Origin: Chloroflexota bacterium
GTDB lineage: Bacteria; Chloroflexota; UBA11872; VXOZ01
Direction: 5' to 3'
Assembly: GCA_963662335.2 (NCBI GenBank)
Contig: CAXXVD010000005.1
Span: 384,001 to 448,000, forward strand
DNA: 64,000 nt
Part shown: piece by piece, positions 12,367-24,886 of the stretch
Position numbering within the stretch: the first letter of the stretch is position 1
Layout: each line of letters starts with the position of its first letter
The notes under the pieces: model-generated
What the model saw: the letters and a program-made list of their open reading frames with translations, nothing else
What the model was told of the DNA's origin: nothing
Databases searched by the model: none
Made by a program: the position numbers and the translations under genes

Positions 12367-13410
12367 ATGAACAATCAGCCTATGTACGCCCACATCACCG
12401 GCTGGGGCAAGGCGCTGCCAAAGCAGCGCCTCACGAACGCCGACCTGGAAAAGATGGTGGATACCGCGGACGAGTGGATCTTCAGCCGCACCGGCATCCG
12501 CGAGCGGCGCATCGTCTCCGGCGATGAATCCACGCACTCGCTGGGCGCGGCTGCCGCGCGTGAGGCGCTGGCCGTCGCCAACGTCGCGCCCGCGGCGGTA
12601 GACATGGTGATTGCCGCCAGTTGCACGCCGGAAGCGCTCTTTCCCAGCATCGCGAACCGCATCCAGGAGCGGCTGGGGCTGGCGCGGTCCGCCGCGTTGG
12701 ACCTCAACCAGGCGTGCAGCGGCTTCATCCACGGTCTCGCCGTGGCGCAGGGCTTCATCGCCTCGGGCCAGTACGAGACGATCCTCGTCGTCGGCGCGGA
12801 AGTGCTCACGCGCCACGTCGATTGGAGCGACCGCTCCACCTGCGTGCTCTTTGGCGACGCGGCCGGCGCCGTCGTGGTGCAGGCTTCCGCGCGGCCGGGC
12901 GGGCCGCTGGCCTTCGACCTGGGCTCCAACGGCGGCGGCGGCGACCTGCTCATGCTGCCCACCGACGGCAAACTGCACATGAACGGACGGGAAGTCTACC
13001 GCTTTGCCGTCACCGCTATGACCGGCTCTCTGCGCGCCGCCATTGCGAAAGCGGAAGTGACGCTGGACGACATCGACCTGCTCATTCCCCACCAGGCAAA
13101 CATCCGCATTATCCAGTCCGCCGCCCAGTCCCTCGGCCTCCCGCTGGATAAGGTGTTCACCAACGTGGAGAAATACGGCAACACCTCCGCCGCGTCGATT
13201 CCGGTGGCTCTGTGCGAGGCTCTCGAAGAAGGCCGCATCAAGCCGGATGACACGGTGGCAATGGTCGCGTTTGGGGCCGGCCTGGCCTGGGGCGCGACCG
13301 TGATGCGCTGGACGAGTCCGCTACGGCCTGCCGGGCAGCACTCGATTGCTTCGGAGGCAACGCAAGAGACGGCGCGCGTCAAGGAAGCGGTCGGCGAGAC
13401 CGCCGGCTAG
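12367..13410 (+). CDS. fabH: Beta-ketoacyl-ACP synthase III
   Basis: RTGIRERR, ACSGF, LFGDAAGA, PHQAN, GNTSAASIP, FGAGLAWG. Start at ATG 12367 or 12382. Confidence 0.95.
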   Translation: MNNQPMYAHITGWGKALPKQRLTNADLEKMVDTADEWIFSRTGIRERRIVSGDESTHSLGAAAAREALAVANVAPAAVDMVIAASCTPEALFPSIANRIQERLGLARSAALDLNQACSGFIHGLAVAQGFIASGQYETILVVGAEVLTRHVDWSDRSTCVLFGDAAGAVVVQASARPGGPLAFDLGSNGGGGDLLMLPTDGKLHMNGREVYRFAVTAMTGSLRAAIAKAEVTLDDIDLLIPHQANIRIIQSAAQSLGLPLDKVFTNVEKYGNTSAASIPVALCEALEEGRIKPDDTVAMVAFGAGLAWGATVMRWTSPLRPAGQHSIASEATQETARVKEAVGETAG

Positions 13411-13457
13411 CGGTTATCACGGTTAGCGGTCATTGCTCTGAAAGTAGCCTTACCAAG

Positions 13458-13561
13458 CCGTTTGCTCTGAGCAGCGTCGAAGGGTGCACGGCGGATGAAG
13501 CGGAATAATGATCTCAACGCACATCTCTCCGTTCATGCTTCGACAGGCTCAGCAAGAACGG
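13458..13561. repeat. REP-like family B (CCGTT..TGAGC..GTCGAAG / CTTCGACAGGCTCAG..GAACGG)
   Basis: Inverted arms at both ends; related unit at 36952-36984. Confidence 0.75.
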
Positions 13562-13591
13562 AGAGATGTGCGTTCACATATCATTGCCTTC

Positions 13592-13667
13592 TCCGTCATT
13601 CCCGGCGAAAGCGGGAATCCACTGGCTGCGCGCGAAGATGGATTCCCGCGTGCGCGGGAATGACGGA
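13592..13667. repeat. REP-like family A palindrome
   Basis: TCCGTCATTCCCGGCGAAAGCGGGAATCCA ... TGGATTCCCGCGTGCGCGGGAATGACGGA. Confidence 0.9.
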
Positions 13668-13762
13668 CAGGTGGCTGTCCCGCCTTTCCTTCCCCTGGGT
13701 GGCCGGCACAAGGTCACGGTGATTGCCGATCCACTCAGCGTTCTTGGCGTGTTGGAGCCGGA

Positions 13763-14320
13763 CTAACCGGGGCGCATCTCCCAGAACTCCTTACCCAGCG
13801 CGTCGTACGGCAAGCGGCGCTCATCCGGGTCCTGGGCGTCGAACTGCTGATTAACGAAATAGAAGAGAAAAGCCTCGTCCGTACCCAGATTGGCCGCGCC
13901 GTGCGCCACGCCGCGCGGGATGTAGAGCAGTTGGCTGCGCCCCCGGCCCAAGACGAAGCGCATTTTCTCTCCCCCGGTAGGCGAATCCTGGCGCACGTCC
14001 CACAGGCCTACGAGGAGCGCCTGCGACGGCGGCACGAACCAGAGGTCTTCCTGATTGAAGTGCAGGTGCCAGGCCTTGATCGCCCCCGCCGCCATCAGCG
14101 AGCAGTTCACCTGGCGCACAACGAAGCCGTCAAGCTCCCCCAGCGCGCCGTCCGCCAAGCGCGCCAGTTCCGTGAACGTGCCGCCGTCTTCCGCGAACGT
14201 CCGCAGCGGCAGCAGCCGCACACCGTCGATCTGCGCCGCGCCGCCATACTCCTGGCGCGAAACGCTGGTCCGCTGCGCTTCTTGGATGTCGCTCAATTCC
14301 AGCGGCGGTCTTTCCGACAT
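13763..14320 (-). CDS. dTDP-4-dehydrorhamnose 3,5-epimerase family (RmlC-like cupin)
   Basis: IDGV, GTFTE, QVNCS, KAWHLH, DVRQDSPT, YIPRGVAHG motifs. Confidence 0.85.
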   Translation of the reverse strand: MSERPPLELSDIQEAQRTSVSRQEYGGAAQIDGVRLLPLRTFAEDGGTFTELARLADGALGELDGFVVRQVNCSLMAAGAIKAWHLHFNQEDLWFVPPSQALLVGLWDVRQDSPTGGEKMRFVLGRGRSQLLYIPRGVAHGAANLGTDEAFLFYFVNQQFDAQDPDERRLPYDALGKEFWEMRPG

Positions 14321-14692
14321 CGTTCTCCCTCTCGTTGCGCCAGCTACCGCGCTTCCTCGATGGCTTCGCCGGGATGACTTCGAAGCACGTGGTTCCCCCT
14401 ACGCATCACCGCCGCCCCTCGTAGCCCATCATCCCAGGTACGGCTCGTTAATGAACCCGTTTGTTTGCGGGTGTCTTGGATGATACGATTCCGACCGGAC
14501 GCTGGCAACCGCACGCCGTGGCGCGCGCCGGCAGCCGGGTCTGGCTACATTCGCTGCGGAAACACTGCAAAGGGGCATAGGACAGTCTCACGCCGGTCAA
14601 GAATTCCGGCGGCTCGGAATGACAGGACCCGTTGCCCGCATGCGCGACAAGCCTGGGTCTGCCAATTCCGCGAATTCTCCCACTTGCTGCTG

Positions 14693-14721
14693 TTGACTCC
14701 GTTATGGGCAAGTGTTACACT
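14693..14721 (+). promoter_or_regulatory. Sigma70-type promoter of the rpsL (str) operon
   Basis: TTGACT-17 bp-TACACT with TG extended -10, about 55 bp upstream of rpsL. Confidence 0.7.
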
Positions 14722-14774
14722 CTACTTTTGCGTGCGTTAATGCATGAGAAGCCAAGAATTGGTAGGTTCGAACC

Positions 14775-15233
14775 GTGCCGACAACCAATCAGCTTGTAAG
14801 GCGGGGACGCAAGTCCAAGTCCGTCAAGGGCAAGTCCCCCGACCTGCATTGGAACTTCAACGCGCTCAAGAACCGTTCCGTGCGCACCGACGGTTCGCCG
14901 CAGAAGCGGGGCGTGTGCATCTCGGTGCGCACGCTGACCCCGCGCAAGCCGAATTCGGCGCTGCGCAAAGTGGCGCGCGTGCGGTTGACCAACGGGCGGG
15001 AAGTAACGGCCTACATACCGGGTGAAGGCCACAATTTGCAGGAGCACTCGGTAGTGCTCATTCGCGGCGGACGGGTAAAGGACGTGCCGGGCGTGCGCTA
15101 TCACATCGTGCGCGGCACGTTGGACGCCGAGGGCGTCTACCCGCACGCGGGCGCGCCGCAAGACCGCGCCAAGAGCCGGTCTAAGTACGGCACCCGGCGC
15201 ACGCGGCCGCAGGCGAGCGCCAGCGCTTCATAG
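14775..15233 (+). CDS. rpsL: 30S ribosomal protein S12
   Basis: [44 protein letters not shown]. Confidence 0.99.
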   Translation: MPTTNQLVRRGRKSKSVKGKSPDLHWNFNALKNRSVRTDGSPQKRGVCISVRTLTPRKPNSALRKVARVRLTNGREVTAYIPGEGHNLQEHSVVLIRGGRVKDVPGVRYHIVRGTLDAEGVYPHAGAPQDRAKSRSKYGTRRTRPQASASAS

Positions 15234-15345
15234 CGGAACAGCCGCCACGCGCGGCGCAACTTACAATCTAACGGTTATTCTTGCAGCAGTTGTTGGCCTC
15301 GACACCGAAGCTGACAACGCTGCTGCGCGTAAGGGGCAGTTGAGA

Positions 15346-15816
15346 ATGCCACGGCGAGGACGAGTGATAAAGCGGCGAATACTGCCGGACCCGAAGCATC
15401 GCAGCGTCACGTTGCAGATGTTCATCAACAAGCTGATGCAGCGCGGCAAGAAGAGCACGACGGAACGCTTCGTCTACCGCGCGTTGGACATCGTCGAATC
15501 GCGCACCGGCCGCTCCGGTCTGGACGTCTTCGACCAGGCGGTGCGCAACGTCACGCCCTTGCTCGAAGTGCGGCCGCGCCGCGTGGGCGGGGCTACCTAT
15601 CAGGTGCCGATGGAGATTCCGAGCGGACGGCGGCTCTCGCTGGCCTTGCGCTGGCTCGTGCGCTACACCCGCGAACGTCGCGGGCCGAGCATGGCGATAA
15701 AGCTGGCGGAGGAACTCATCGACGCCGCCGACGGCCAGGGCGCTTCCATCCGCCGCCGGGACGAAACGCACCGCATGGCGGAGGCAAATAAGGCCTTCTC
15801 CCACTACCGCTGGTAA
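15346..15816 (+). CDS. rpsG: 30S ribosomal protein S7
   Basis: MPRRG, RRVGGATYQVP, HRMAEANKAFSHYRW. Confidence 0.99.
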   Translation: MPRRGRVIKRRILPDPKHRSVTLQMFINKLMQRGKKSTTERFVYRALDIVESRTGRSGLDVFDQAVRNVTPLLEVRPRRVGGATYQVPMEIPSGRRLSLALRWLVRYTRERRGPSMAIKLAEELIDAADGQGASIRRRDETHRMAEANKAFSHYRW

Positions 15817-15890
15817 GCAAACGAGACTAGAGTAAGTAAGCGACAGGTCAAGTACCGCAACACAAAGCGAGGCAAGCAAGAGACACAGGC

Positions 15891-17963
15891 ATGGAACGGC
15901 AATTCCCCATAGAACGCTACCGCAATATCGGCATTATTGCGCATATCGACGCCGGCAAGACCACCACCACCGAGCGGGTGCTCTTCTATTCCGGGCGCAT
16001 CCACCGCATGGGCGAGGTGCACGAAGGCACCACCGCCATGGACTACATGGTGCAGGAACGCGAGCGCGGCATCACGATTACGGCGGCCGCCACGACCTCC
16101 ATGTGGCGCGACCACCGCGTCAACATCATCGATACGCCCGGCCACGTGGACTTCACCGCTGAGGTCGAACGCTCGCTGCGCGTCCTGGACGGCGGCGTCG
16201 TGGTCTTCGACGCGGTCTCCGGCGTGGAAGCCCAGTCGGAAACGGTGTGGCGGCAAGCGGACCGCTATGGTGTGCCGCGCATCTGCTTCGTGAACAAGAT
16301 GGACCGGGTTGGCGCGGACTTCTGGAACTGCGTCTCGATGATCCGCGAACGCTTGCAGGCGCAGCCGGTGCCAATTCAGATCCCGCTGGGCGCGGAAGAT
16401 ACCTTTACGGGCATGATCGACCTCTTCTCAATGCAGGCGGTCGTTTTCACCGACGAACTTGGCGCCAAGCCCACCGTCGGCCCGATACCGGACGAGTTGC
16501 GCGCCGACGCGGAGTTGCATCGCCACGAAATGATCGAGGCTATCGCCGAACACGACGAAGACCTCCTCCTCAAGTACTTGAACGATGAGGAACTCTCGGT
16601 GGCGGAACTCAAGGCCGCGTTGCGCCGGGCAACCTGCCGGGTGACGCTGGTGCCCGTCCTCTGCGGCGCGGCGTTGCGCAACAAGGGCGTGCAGCCCCTG
16701 CTCGACGCCGTCGTGGACTTTCTGCCGTCCCCCACCGAAGTGCCGCCAATCACGGGCGTGGCGCCGGTTGCCGGGTTGGAAGAGTCGCGCGAGTCCAGTG
16801 ATACCGCGCCGTTCGCGGCGCTCGCCTTCAAGGTGGTGACGGACCCGTTCAGCGGCCGCTTGGTCTACCTGCGCGTCTATTCGGGCACGGCCGACGCCGG
16901 CATGGGGATGCTCAACGCGAGCCGCAACCGGCGGGAGCGCCTGGGCCGCTTGCTCTTGATGCACGCCGACAAACGGGAAGAGATTTCCAGCATCTTTGCC
17001 GGTGACATCGTGGCCGCCGTCGGCCTCAAGGATACGGTTACGGGAGACACCCTTTCCGACATCAATCATCCCATTGCGCTGGAGTCGATCAGTTTTCCCG
17101 ACCCGGTGCTTCACATGGCAATCGAACCGAAGAGCCGCCTGGAGGAAGACCGCCTTTCCACGGCGCTGCGGCGCCTGTCGGAAGAGGACCCGACGTTCCG
17201 CGCCGGCCAGGACGCCCAGACCGGCGAGACGATCATCGGCGGCATGGGCGAATTGCACCTGGAAGTGATTGCCGACCGCTTGCTGCGCGAGTTCAACGTG
17301 GAAGCCTCGCTGGGCGCGCCGCAGGTAGCCTATAAGGAAACGGTGCGACACCCGGTGGAGCAGGAAGGCCGCTTCATCCGCCAGACCGGCGGCCGGGGCC
17401 AGTACGGCCACGTCTGGCTGCGCATCGAGCCGCTCGAGAGCGGCGCCGGGATCGAAATCGAAAACGCCATCATCGGCGGCACGATCCCGAGGGAGTACAT
17501 CCCGGCCGTGCAAGCCGGCATCAGAGACAGCCTGCTCGCGGGCCCGCTCGGCTACCCGGTGGTGGACGTGCGCGTTACGGTGTTCGACGGTTCGTTCCAT
17601 CCGGTAGACTCATCGGAACTGGCGTTCCACAACGCCGCCGTCGTCGCCATGCGCGAGGGTCTCGATAAGGCGCGGCCCGTCACGCTGGAGCCGATCATGG
17701 AAGTGGAAGTGATGATACCGGAGGAATTCCTCGGCGAAATTGCGGGCGCGCTCAACGCGCGGCGCGGCAGCATCGACGAGATCCAAACGCGGCTGGGAAC
17801 AAAAGTCATTCAAGCCAAAGTGCCGCTGGCCGCGATGTTCGGTTATGTAAACACCCTGCGTTCCAGCACCCAGGGCCGCGGCACGTACTCGATGCAGTTC
17901 TCGCACTACCAGGAAGTGGCCGAAAGCGCCCGGGAAATGGTGGCGCGGGCCGGCCGGCATTAG
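15891..17963 (+). CDS. fusA: Elongation factor G
   Basis: [34 protein letters not shown] motifs. Confidence 0.99.
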   Translation: MERQFPIERYRNIGIIAHIDAGKTTTTERVLFYSGRIHRMGEVHEGTTAMDYMVQERERGITITAAATTSMWRDHRVNIIDTPGHVDFTAEVERSLRVLDGGVVVFDAVSGVEAQSETVWRQADRYGVPRICFVNKMDRVGADFWNCVSMIRERLQAQPVPIQIPLGAEDTFTGMIDLFSMQAVVFTDELGAKPTVGPIPDELRADAELHRHEMIEAIAEHDEDLLLKYLNDEELSVAELKAALRRATCRVTLVPVLCGAALRNKGVQPLLDAVVDFLPSPTEVPPITGVAPVAGLEESRESSDTAPFAALAFKVVTDPFSGRLVYLRVYSGTADAGMGMLNASRNRRERLGRLLLMHADKREEISSIFAGDIVAAVGLKDTVTGDTLSDINHPIALESISFPDPVLHMAIEPKSRLEEDRLSTALRRLSEEDPTFRAGQDAQTGETIIGGMGELHLEVIADRLLREFNVEASLGAPQVAYKETVRHPVEQEGRFIRQTGGRGQYGHVWLRIEPLESGAGIEIENAIIGGTIPREYIPAVQAGIRDSLLAGPLGYPVVDVRVTVFDGSFHPVDSSELAFHNAAVVAMREGLDKARPVTLEPIMEVEVMIPEEFLGEIAGALNARRGSIDEIQTRLGTKVIQAKVPLAAMFGYVNTLRSSTQGRGTYSMQFSHYQEVAESAREMVARAGRH

Positions 17964-18015
17964 CATTACGCAAACGAACCTTACTCGTGCATGAGCAGAA
18001 GGAGAGAGCAAGAGG

Positions 18016-19218
<1,203 letters not shown>

Positions 19219-19220
19219 CC

Positions 19221-19532
19221 ATGGCGCAGCAGACCATTCGCATCCGCTTGAAGGCATTCGACCACCGGGTTCTCGATCAGTCCGCGGGCCAGATCGTGAG
19301 CGCGGCGCAGGGCACCGGCGCGCGGGTCGCGGGTCCGATTCCCCTGCCTACGGAGATTAACAAGTTCACGGTGATTCGCTCACCGTTCATCGATAAGGAT
19401 TCGCGCGAGCAGTTCGAGGTGCGCACGCACAAGCGCCTCATCGACGTGCTCGAGCCCAATGCCAAGACGATGGATGCGCTGCTGCGGCTGGAATTGCCGG
19501 CGGGCGTAGACATTGAAATGAAGTCCATGTAG
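19221..19532 (+). CDS. rpsJ: 30S ribosomal protein S10
   Basis: [23 protein letters not shown]; operon position. Confidence 0.99.
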   Translation: MAQQTIRIRLKAFDHRVLDQSAGQIVSAAQGTGARVAGPIPLPTEINKFTVIRSPFIDKDSREQFEVRTHKRLIDVLEPNAKTMDALLRLELPAGVDIEMKSM

Positions 19533-19547
19533 AGGGAAGCCGTTAGC

Positions 19548-20201
19548 ATGTCAATCGGCTTGATCGGCAAAAAACTCGGTATGACGCAAGTCTTCGACGA
19601 CGCGGGCGCCGCCGTGCCGGTGACGGTTGTCCAAGCCGGGCCCTGTACGGTGGTGCAGGTCAAGACCGCCGCGGGCCCGGACGGCTACAACGCGGTGCAA
19701 CTTGGCGTGGGCGAACGCCTGAAGAACATCACGAATCCGGCGCGCGGCCACGTTAGCAGGCATCTTGGCGAGGATGCCGCCGTGCCGCGTGACCTGCGGG
19801 AGTTTCCGGTGGCGGACCCGGGCGCATACGAAGCCGGGCAGACACTCAGCGTAGACCTCTTCACCGCCGGGCAGGCCGTGGACGTAACCGGCGTTTCAAA
19901 GGGCAAGGGCTTTGCCGGCGTGATGCGGCGGCATAACTTCAGCGGACAGCAGAAGACCCACGGCCAATCCGACCGCTGGCGCGCCCCCGGCGCGGTCGGC
20001 ATGGGCACAACGCCCGGCCGTGTCTGGAAAGGCCAGCCCATGGCCGGCCGAATGGGGCAAGACCGCGTCACGGTGCAGAACCTCGAAGTCGTAGACGTCG
20101 TGGCCGACCAGGACATCCTGTTGATCAAGGGCGCCGTGCCCGGGGGGCCGGGCAGCCTCGTGACGGTGCAACCGGCGGTGAAGTCGCCCGGCGCGGCGTA
20201 G
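19548..20201 (+). CDS. rplC: 50S ribosomal protein L3
   Basis: GKKLGMTQVF, DGYNAVQ, SKGKGFAG, KGAVPG. Confidence 0.99.
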   Translation: MSIGLIGKKLGMTQVFDDAGAAVPVTVVQAGPCTVVQVKTAAGPDGYNAVQLGVGERLKNITNPARGHVSRHLGEDAAVPRDLREFPVADPGAYEAGQTLSVDLFTAGQAVDVTGVSKGKGFAGVMRRHNFSGQQKTHGQSDRWRAPGAVGMGTTPGRVWKGQPMAGRMGQDRVTVQNLEVVDVVADQDILLIKGAVPGGPGSLVTVQPAVKSPGAA

Positions 20202-20219
20202 GCAAGCGAGTAGAACGCG

Positions 20220-20846
20220 ATGGACGTGAAAGTTCTCGATACACAGGGCAACCCGGCGGGAGACGCCGTGCTGCCCGACCACATCTTCGGCATCGAGCCG
20301 CACGCGGCTCTCGTGCATCAAGCCGTCATCCGGGATGAGGCCGGGCAACGCCTGGGCAGCGCCAGCACCAAGACCCGCAGTGAGGTGCGCGGCGGCGGGC
20401 GCAAGCCGTGGCGCCAGAAGCACACCGGCCGCGCGCGGCACGGCAGCCGGCGCTCGCCCATTTGGCGCACCGGCGGCGTCACGTTTGGCCCGCACCCGCG
20501 CGACTATCACCGCGCAATGCCGCGCAAGATGTGGCGCAGAGCCATGTTCTCCGCGCTCTCCGCCAAGGCCCAGTCCGACCGGTTGCTGGTCGTTGCCGCG
20601 TTTCCGCAAGACACGATTAGCACCAAGCGGCAGGCGGCGTTCTTGGACGCGCTTGGCGCCACCGCGAGCGCGCTCTACGTAGCGGAAGAGCCTTCGGAGG
20701 AACTCCGGCTGTCCATTCGCAATTTGCCCGGTGTTGAATTGTCCACGCCGCACACGCTGAGCGTGCGCGACGTAGTGGTCTTCGAGCACGTCATCTTCGA
20801 TGCGGACGCCGTTGCCGCCTGCGAGATACTTTGGAGTCAGTCATGA
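20220..20846 (+). CDS. rplD: 50S ribosomal protein L4
   Basis: TKTRSEVRGGGRKPWRQK, GGVTFGP. Confidence 0.99.
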   Translation: MDVKVLDTQGNPAGDAVLPDHIFGIEPHAALVHQAVIRDEAGQRLGSASTKTRSEVRGGGRKPWRQKHTGRARHGSRRSPIWRTGGVTFGPHPRDYHRAMPRKMWRRAMFSALSAKAQSDRLLVVAAFPQDTISTKRQAAFLDALGATASALYVAEEPSEELRLSIRNLPGVELSTPHTLSVRDVVVFEHVIFDADAVAACEILWSQS

Positions 20847-21130
20847 AGACGGCGCAACAGATTCTCATCCGGCCGCTGATTACGGAGAAGGGCACCCTGC
20901 TCTCCGACCAGAATAAGTATCTCTTCGCCGTGTCACCGGACGCCACCAAGATCGACGTGCGGCGCGCCGTAGAGCAGACGTTCGGCGTGACCGTGCTCTC
21001 CGTGAACGTCATGAACGTGCCCGGCAAAGAGAAGCGCTTCGGCCGGCACCGCTATCGCACGCCTCGCTGGCGCAAGGCGATCGTCTCCTTGCAACCCGGT
21101 CAGACCATCGACCTCTTCAGCGGTGTCTAG
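20843..21130 (+). CDS. rplW: 50S ribosomal protein L23
   Basis: RPLITEK, WRKAIV; ATGA overlap with rplD. Confidence 0.98.
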   Translation: MKTAQQILIRPLITEKGTLLSDQNKYLFAVSPDATKIDVRRAVEQTFGVTVLSVNVMNVPGKEKRFGRHRYRTPRWRKAIVSLQPGQTIDLFSGV

Positions 21131-21144
21131 GGAAGGATTAGCCG

Positions 21145-21975
21145 ATGCCGGTCAAAACCTACAAACCCACCTCCGCCGGACGCCGCGGCATGGCCGCCGT
21201 CGAGAACGACGACATTACCAAGTCCAAACCGGAGCGGCGGCTGACCAAAGGCATGAAGCGGAAAGCCGGGCGCAACGCCAGCGGCAAGCTGACCGTGCGC
21301 CACCGGGGCGGCGGCCACAAGCGCCGCTACAGGACGATAGACTTCAAACGTGATAAGATAGGGATTCCCGGCACGGTAAAGGCAATCGAGTACGACCCGA
21401 ACCGCAGCGCCCGCATCGCGCTGGTCGCGTATCGCGACGGCGAGAAACGCTATATACTCGCGGCAGCCGGGTTGAACGTGGGCGATACGGTAGAGACGGG
21501 CCCGGATGCGCCGATACGCCCCGGCAACTGCCTGCCGTTGCGCAACATTCCGGCGGGCACGGCGGTGCACAACCTGGAACTCCAGGCCGGGCGCGGCGGA
21601 CAGCTTGCGCGGAGCGCCGGTTCTTCGGTGCAACTGATGACGAAAGAGAGCGACTACGCGGTGATGCGGCTGCCGTCGGGTGAAATTAGGCGCGTGCACG
21701 TGACGTGCCTGGCAACCGTCGGCCAAGCGAGCAACGTAGATCACGTTGGCGCCGCCACCGGCAAGGCGGGAAGGGCGCGCTGGAAGGGCCGGCGGCCCAC
21801 GGTGCGCGGCTCGGCCATGAACCCGCGCGACCATCCGCACGGCGGCGGGGAAGGCAAAGCGCCGATTGGCTTGCCGGGCCCCAAGACGCCGTGGGGGAAA
21901 CCGGCGCTCGGCTTGCGCACGCGCAAGCGGAAGCCGTCGGACAAGTTCATCTTGCGCCGCCGCCACGCGCGCTAG
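21145..21975 (+). CDS. rplB: 50S ribosomal protein L2
   Basis: [33 protein letters not shown]. Confidence 0.99.
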   Translation: MPVKTYKPTSAGRRGMAAVENDDITKSKPERRLTKGMKRKAGRNASGKLTVRHRGGGHKRRYRTIDFKRDKIGIPGTVKAIEYDPNRSARIALVAYRDGEKRYILAAAGLNVGDTVETGPDAPIRPGNCLPLRNIPAGTAVHNLELQAGRGGQLARSAGSSVQLMTKESDYAVMRLPSGEIRRVHVTCLATVGQASNVDHVGAATGKAGRARWKGRRPTVRGSAMNPRDHPHGGGEGKAPIGLPGPKTPWGKPALGLRTRKRKPSDKFILRRRHAR

Positions 21976-21990
21976 GAGGAGTTTCACGCT

Positions 21991-22275
21991 ATGTCGCGGT
22001 CGCTGAAGAAGGGACCCTACGTCGACGAAAAGCTGCTGAAGCGCATTCAGGACATGAATGACAGCGGGCAGAAGCGCGTGTTGCGCACCTGGTCGCGCGC
22101 CTCCACCATCTTTCCGGACATGGTAGGGCATACCATCGCGGTGCATGACGGCCGGCGGCACGTGCCGGTCTACGTCACGGAGAACATGGTAGGGCATAAG
22201 CTGGGCGAATTCGCGCCGACGCGGAACTTTCGCGGCCATTCGCGGGAAGACCGCACGACCCAGGTGCGCGCCTAA
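21991..22275 (+). CDS. rpsS: 30S ribosomal protein S19
   Basis: [29 protein letters not shown]. Confidence 0.99.
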   Translation: MSRSLKKGPYVDEKLLKRIQDMNDSGQKRVLRTWSRASTIFPDMVGHTIAVHDGRRHVPVYVTENMVGHKLGEFAPTRNFRGHSREDRTTQVRA

Positions 22276-22290
22276 CAGAGGATACGACGG

Positions 22291-22665
22291 ATGCAAGTAC
22301 AGGCGATAGGCAAATACCTGCGGGTTTCGCCGCGCAAAGCGCGGCGCGTGGCCGCCACCGTAACCGGCCGTTCCGCCGGGGAGGCGCTGGCGATCCTGCG
22401 CTTTCTGCCCAGCCCGACGGCGCGCACGTTGGCCAAAGTCGTGCGCTCCGCCATGGCCAACGCGGAGAATTCGTACAACTTGGATCCGGCGGAGTTGACG
22501 GTAGCCAGCGTGCGCGTGGACAAAGGCCCGGCCATGAAACGCTTGGATCCGAAAGCGCGCGGCCAGTGGGGCCTGCGCAAGAAGCGCACCAGCCACGTCA
22601 CCGTTATCGTCGCAGATAGCGAGGACAACGCTGAGTATGAGGAGAGCTTGAGTAGTGGGGCGTAA
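22291..22665 (+). CDS. rplV: 50S ribosomal protein L22
   Basis: RVSPRKAR, SAMANAE, KRTSHVTV. Confidence 0.98.
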   Translation: MQVQAIGKYLRVSPRKARRVAATVTGRSAGEALAILRFLPSPTARTLAKVVRSAMANAENSYNLDPAELTVASVRVDKGPAMKRLDPKARGQWGLRKKRTSHVTVIVADSEDNAEYEESLSSGA

Positions 22666-23503
22666 AGTTCACCCGGTCGGCTTCCGCCTGGGCTTCAATC
22701 GCACTTGGAGCAGCCGCTGGTATGCCGGCAAAGAATACGCGGCGCTGGCGGAAGAAGACGGCAAGATTCGGAAGTTGGTGCTTGCCCAGTTCGAGAACAC
22801 CCGCACCAGCCGCTCCGGCGGCCGCCGGGGCGGCATGGGCGCCGGCATCTCCCAGGTAGACATCGAGCGCGCCGGCACCACCATCAAGGTGGACATCCAT
22901 ACCGCCCGCCCCGGCATCGTCATTGGCCGCGGCGGCGCGGCCCAGGCCCAACTGCGCAAGGACCTGCGCGAACTTACCGGCAAGAACGTGCGCACGAACA
23001 TCATGGAGATCAGGCAGCCGGAGACGAACGCCTACCTGGTGGCGCGGGCCGTTGCCGAGCAGTTGGAGCGGCGGGTCTCGCCGCGCCGCGCGATCAAGAT
23101 GGCGGCCGATCGTGTAATTCGCGCCGGCGCCATCGGCGTGAAGCTGATGGTCGGCGGCCGCCTGGGCGGCGCGGAAATGTCACGGAGCGAAAAGGAAATT
23201 CGCGGCACGGTGCCGCTGCAAACGCTCCGCGCCAACATCGACTACGGCTTTACCCAGGCGCTGACTACCTACGGGATTCTGGGCGTGAAGGCGTGGATCT
23301 ACACCGGCGACGTGACGCCGGAAGAGTTCTATGCCCGGCAGGAAGCCGCGGCGCCGGAAGAAACTCCGCCGCCACCGCCGCGCAGACGGCGCCGACGCAC
23401 CCGGCGGGCCGCGGATCGCGCCGGGCACGAGGGCGGCTCCGGCCGGTCTCGCGGCGGCGGCGCACGCGAGAGACGTACCGGCCCGCGCGAAACAAGTGAG
23501 TAG
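22655..23503 (+). CDS. rpsC: 30S ribosomal protein S3
   Basis: [40 protein letters not shown]. Confidence 0.99.
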   Translation: MGRKVHPVGFRLGFNRTWSSRWYAGKEYAALAEEDGKIRKLVLAQFENTRTSRSGGRRGGMGAGISQVDIERAGTTIKVDIHTARPGIVIGRGGAAQAQLRKDLRELTGKNVRTNIMEIRQPETNAYLVARAVAEQLERRVSPRRAIKMAADRVIRAGAIGVKLMVGGRLGGAEMSRSEKEIRGTVPLQTLRANIDYGFTQALTTYGILGVKAWIYTGDVTPEEFYARQEAAAPEETPPPPPRRRRRRTRRAADRAGHEGGSGRSRGGGARERRTGPRETSE

Positions 23504-23511
23504 AGACAGTC

Positions 23512-23934
23512 ATGTTAATGCCTAAGCGCACCAAGCACCGCAAGATGCACCGGGGTCACCGGCGGGGCAAGGCCTACCGGGGTTCCAGCATCGCCTTTGG
23601 CGACTTTGCGCTCCAAGCGGTTGAAGGCGGCTGGGTTGACAATAGACAGATCGAAGCGGCGCGGCGCGCGGTGACGCATCACATACGGCGCGGCGGGCAG
23701 ATGTGGATTCGCATCTTTCCCGACAAAGGACTGAGCAAGAAGCCCGTGGAGGTACGGATGGGCGGCGGCAAGGGTCCGCCGGAGCAGTGGGTTGCCATCA
23801 TCAAGCCCGGCCGTATCCTCTTCGAACTGGCCGGCGTGCCTGCGGACATCGCGGAAGAGGCTATGTTGCGCGCCGCCCACAAGCTATCGGTAAAGACTCG
23901 CTTCATCTCGCGGGATACCCCGGAGATCGTATAA
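23512..23934 (+). CDS. rplP: 50S ribosomal protein L16
   Basis: [31 protein letters not shown]. Confidence 0.99.
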   Translation: MLMPKRTKHRKMHRGHRRGKAYRGSSIAFGDFALQAVEGGWVDNRQIEAARRAVTHHIRRGGQMWIRIFPDKGLSKKPVEVRMGGGKGPPEQWVAIIKPGRILFELAGVPADIAEEAMLRAAHKLSVKTRFISRDTPEIV

Positions 23935-23960
23935 GCAGGCAGCGGCAGGAAAGACGAGGA

Positions 23961-24164
23961 ATGGCGAAACCGGCGGAATTGCGCGCGCTGAGCGCGGAAG
24001 ATTTGCAGCAGCGGCTGGATGAGGCGCAAGACGAACTGTTCAACTTGCGCTCGCAGCAAGCCACGGTACAGCTTGAGAATCCCGCGCGCTTCGGCATTCT
24101 CTACCGTGAAGTTGCCCGCATCAAGACCATCATGCGCGAAAGAGAACTCGGCATCAACACCTGA
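23961..24164 (+). CDS. rpmC: 50S ribosomal protein L29
   Basis: [25 protein letters not shown]; ATG 23961. Confidence 0.95.
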   Translation: MAKPAELRALSAEDLQQRLDEAQDELFNLRSQQATVQLENPARFGILYREVARIKTIMRERELGINT

Positions 24165-24186
24165 GCGAGAGCAGAAGATATACCTA

Positions 24187-24519
24187 ATGGCATCAGCGAC
24201 CCAGCCGACAGCAACGGCGCGACCAGCCGGCCGCCGGAAGCAGCGCAAGGGCATCGTGGTGAGCGACAAGATGGATAAGACCGTCACCGTCGCCGTTACC
24301 CGCGTGCGCCGCCATCCGTTGTACAAGAAGACCGTGCGCAGCACGAAGAAGTACCTGGCGCATAGCCCGCGCAACGACGTGCGCGCCGGCGACCGCGTGC
24401 TCATCGAGGAGACGCGCCCCCTCTCCAAGCGCAAGCACTGGCGGGTCGTGGCGGTGCTCGAGCGCGGTGAGCAAGCGTCTACGCAGTCGGCAACGGCAGC
24501 CGCAGAGGCGGCCCAATGA
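24187..24519 (+). CDS. rpsQ: 30S ribosomal protein S17
   Basis: [24 protein letters not shown]. Confidence 0.97.
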   Translation: MASATQPTATARPAGRRKQRKGIVVSDKMDKTVTVAVTRVRRHPLYKKTVRSTKKYLAHSPRNDVRAGDRVLIEETRPLSKRKHWRVVAVLERGEQASTQSATAAAEAAQ

Positions 24520-24884
24520 TACGAGAGACGTCACGCTTGAAGATTGCCGACAACACCGGCGCCCGCGAGATCATGTGCATCCGCGTGCTCGGCGGCTCGC
24601 GCCGCAAGTACGGCGGCATCGGCAGTATCGTGGTTGCCTCCGTAAAGGAAGCGGTGCCGCTCAGCCAGGTGCGGGAAGGCGAAGTGGTGCGGGCGCTCAT
24701 CGTGCGCACGGCCAAAGAGTACCGGCGCACCGACGGCTCCAGCATTCGCTTCGACGATAACGCCGCCGTGCTCTTAGGCCCGCAGAACATGCCGCGCGGC
24801 ACCCGCATCTTCGGGCCGGTGGCGCGGGAACTGCGCGAGATGGGCTTCATGCGCATCATCTCCCAAGCGCCGGAGGTGCTCTAG
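24516..24884 (+). CDS. rplN: 50S ribosomal protein L14
   Basis: [28 protein letters not shown]. Confidence 0.99.
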   Translation: MIRETSRLKIADNTGAREIMCIRVLGGSRRKYGGIGSIVVASVKEAVPLSQVREGEVVRALIVRTAKEYRRTDGSSIRFDDNAAVLLGPQNMPRGTRIFGPVARELREMGFMRIISQAPEVL

Positions 24885-24886
24885 CC

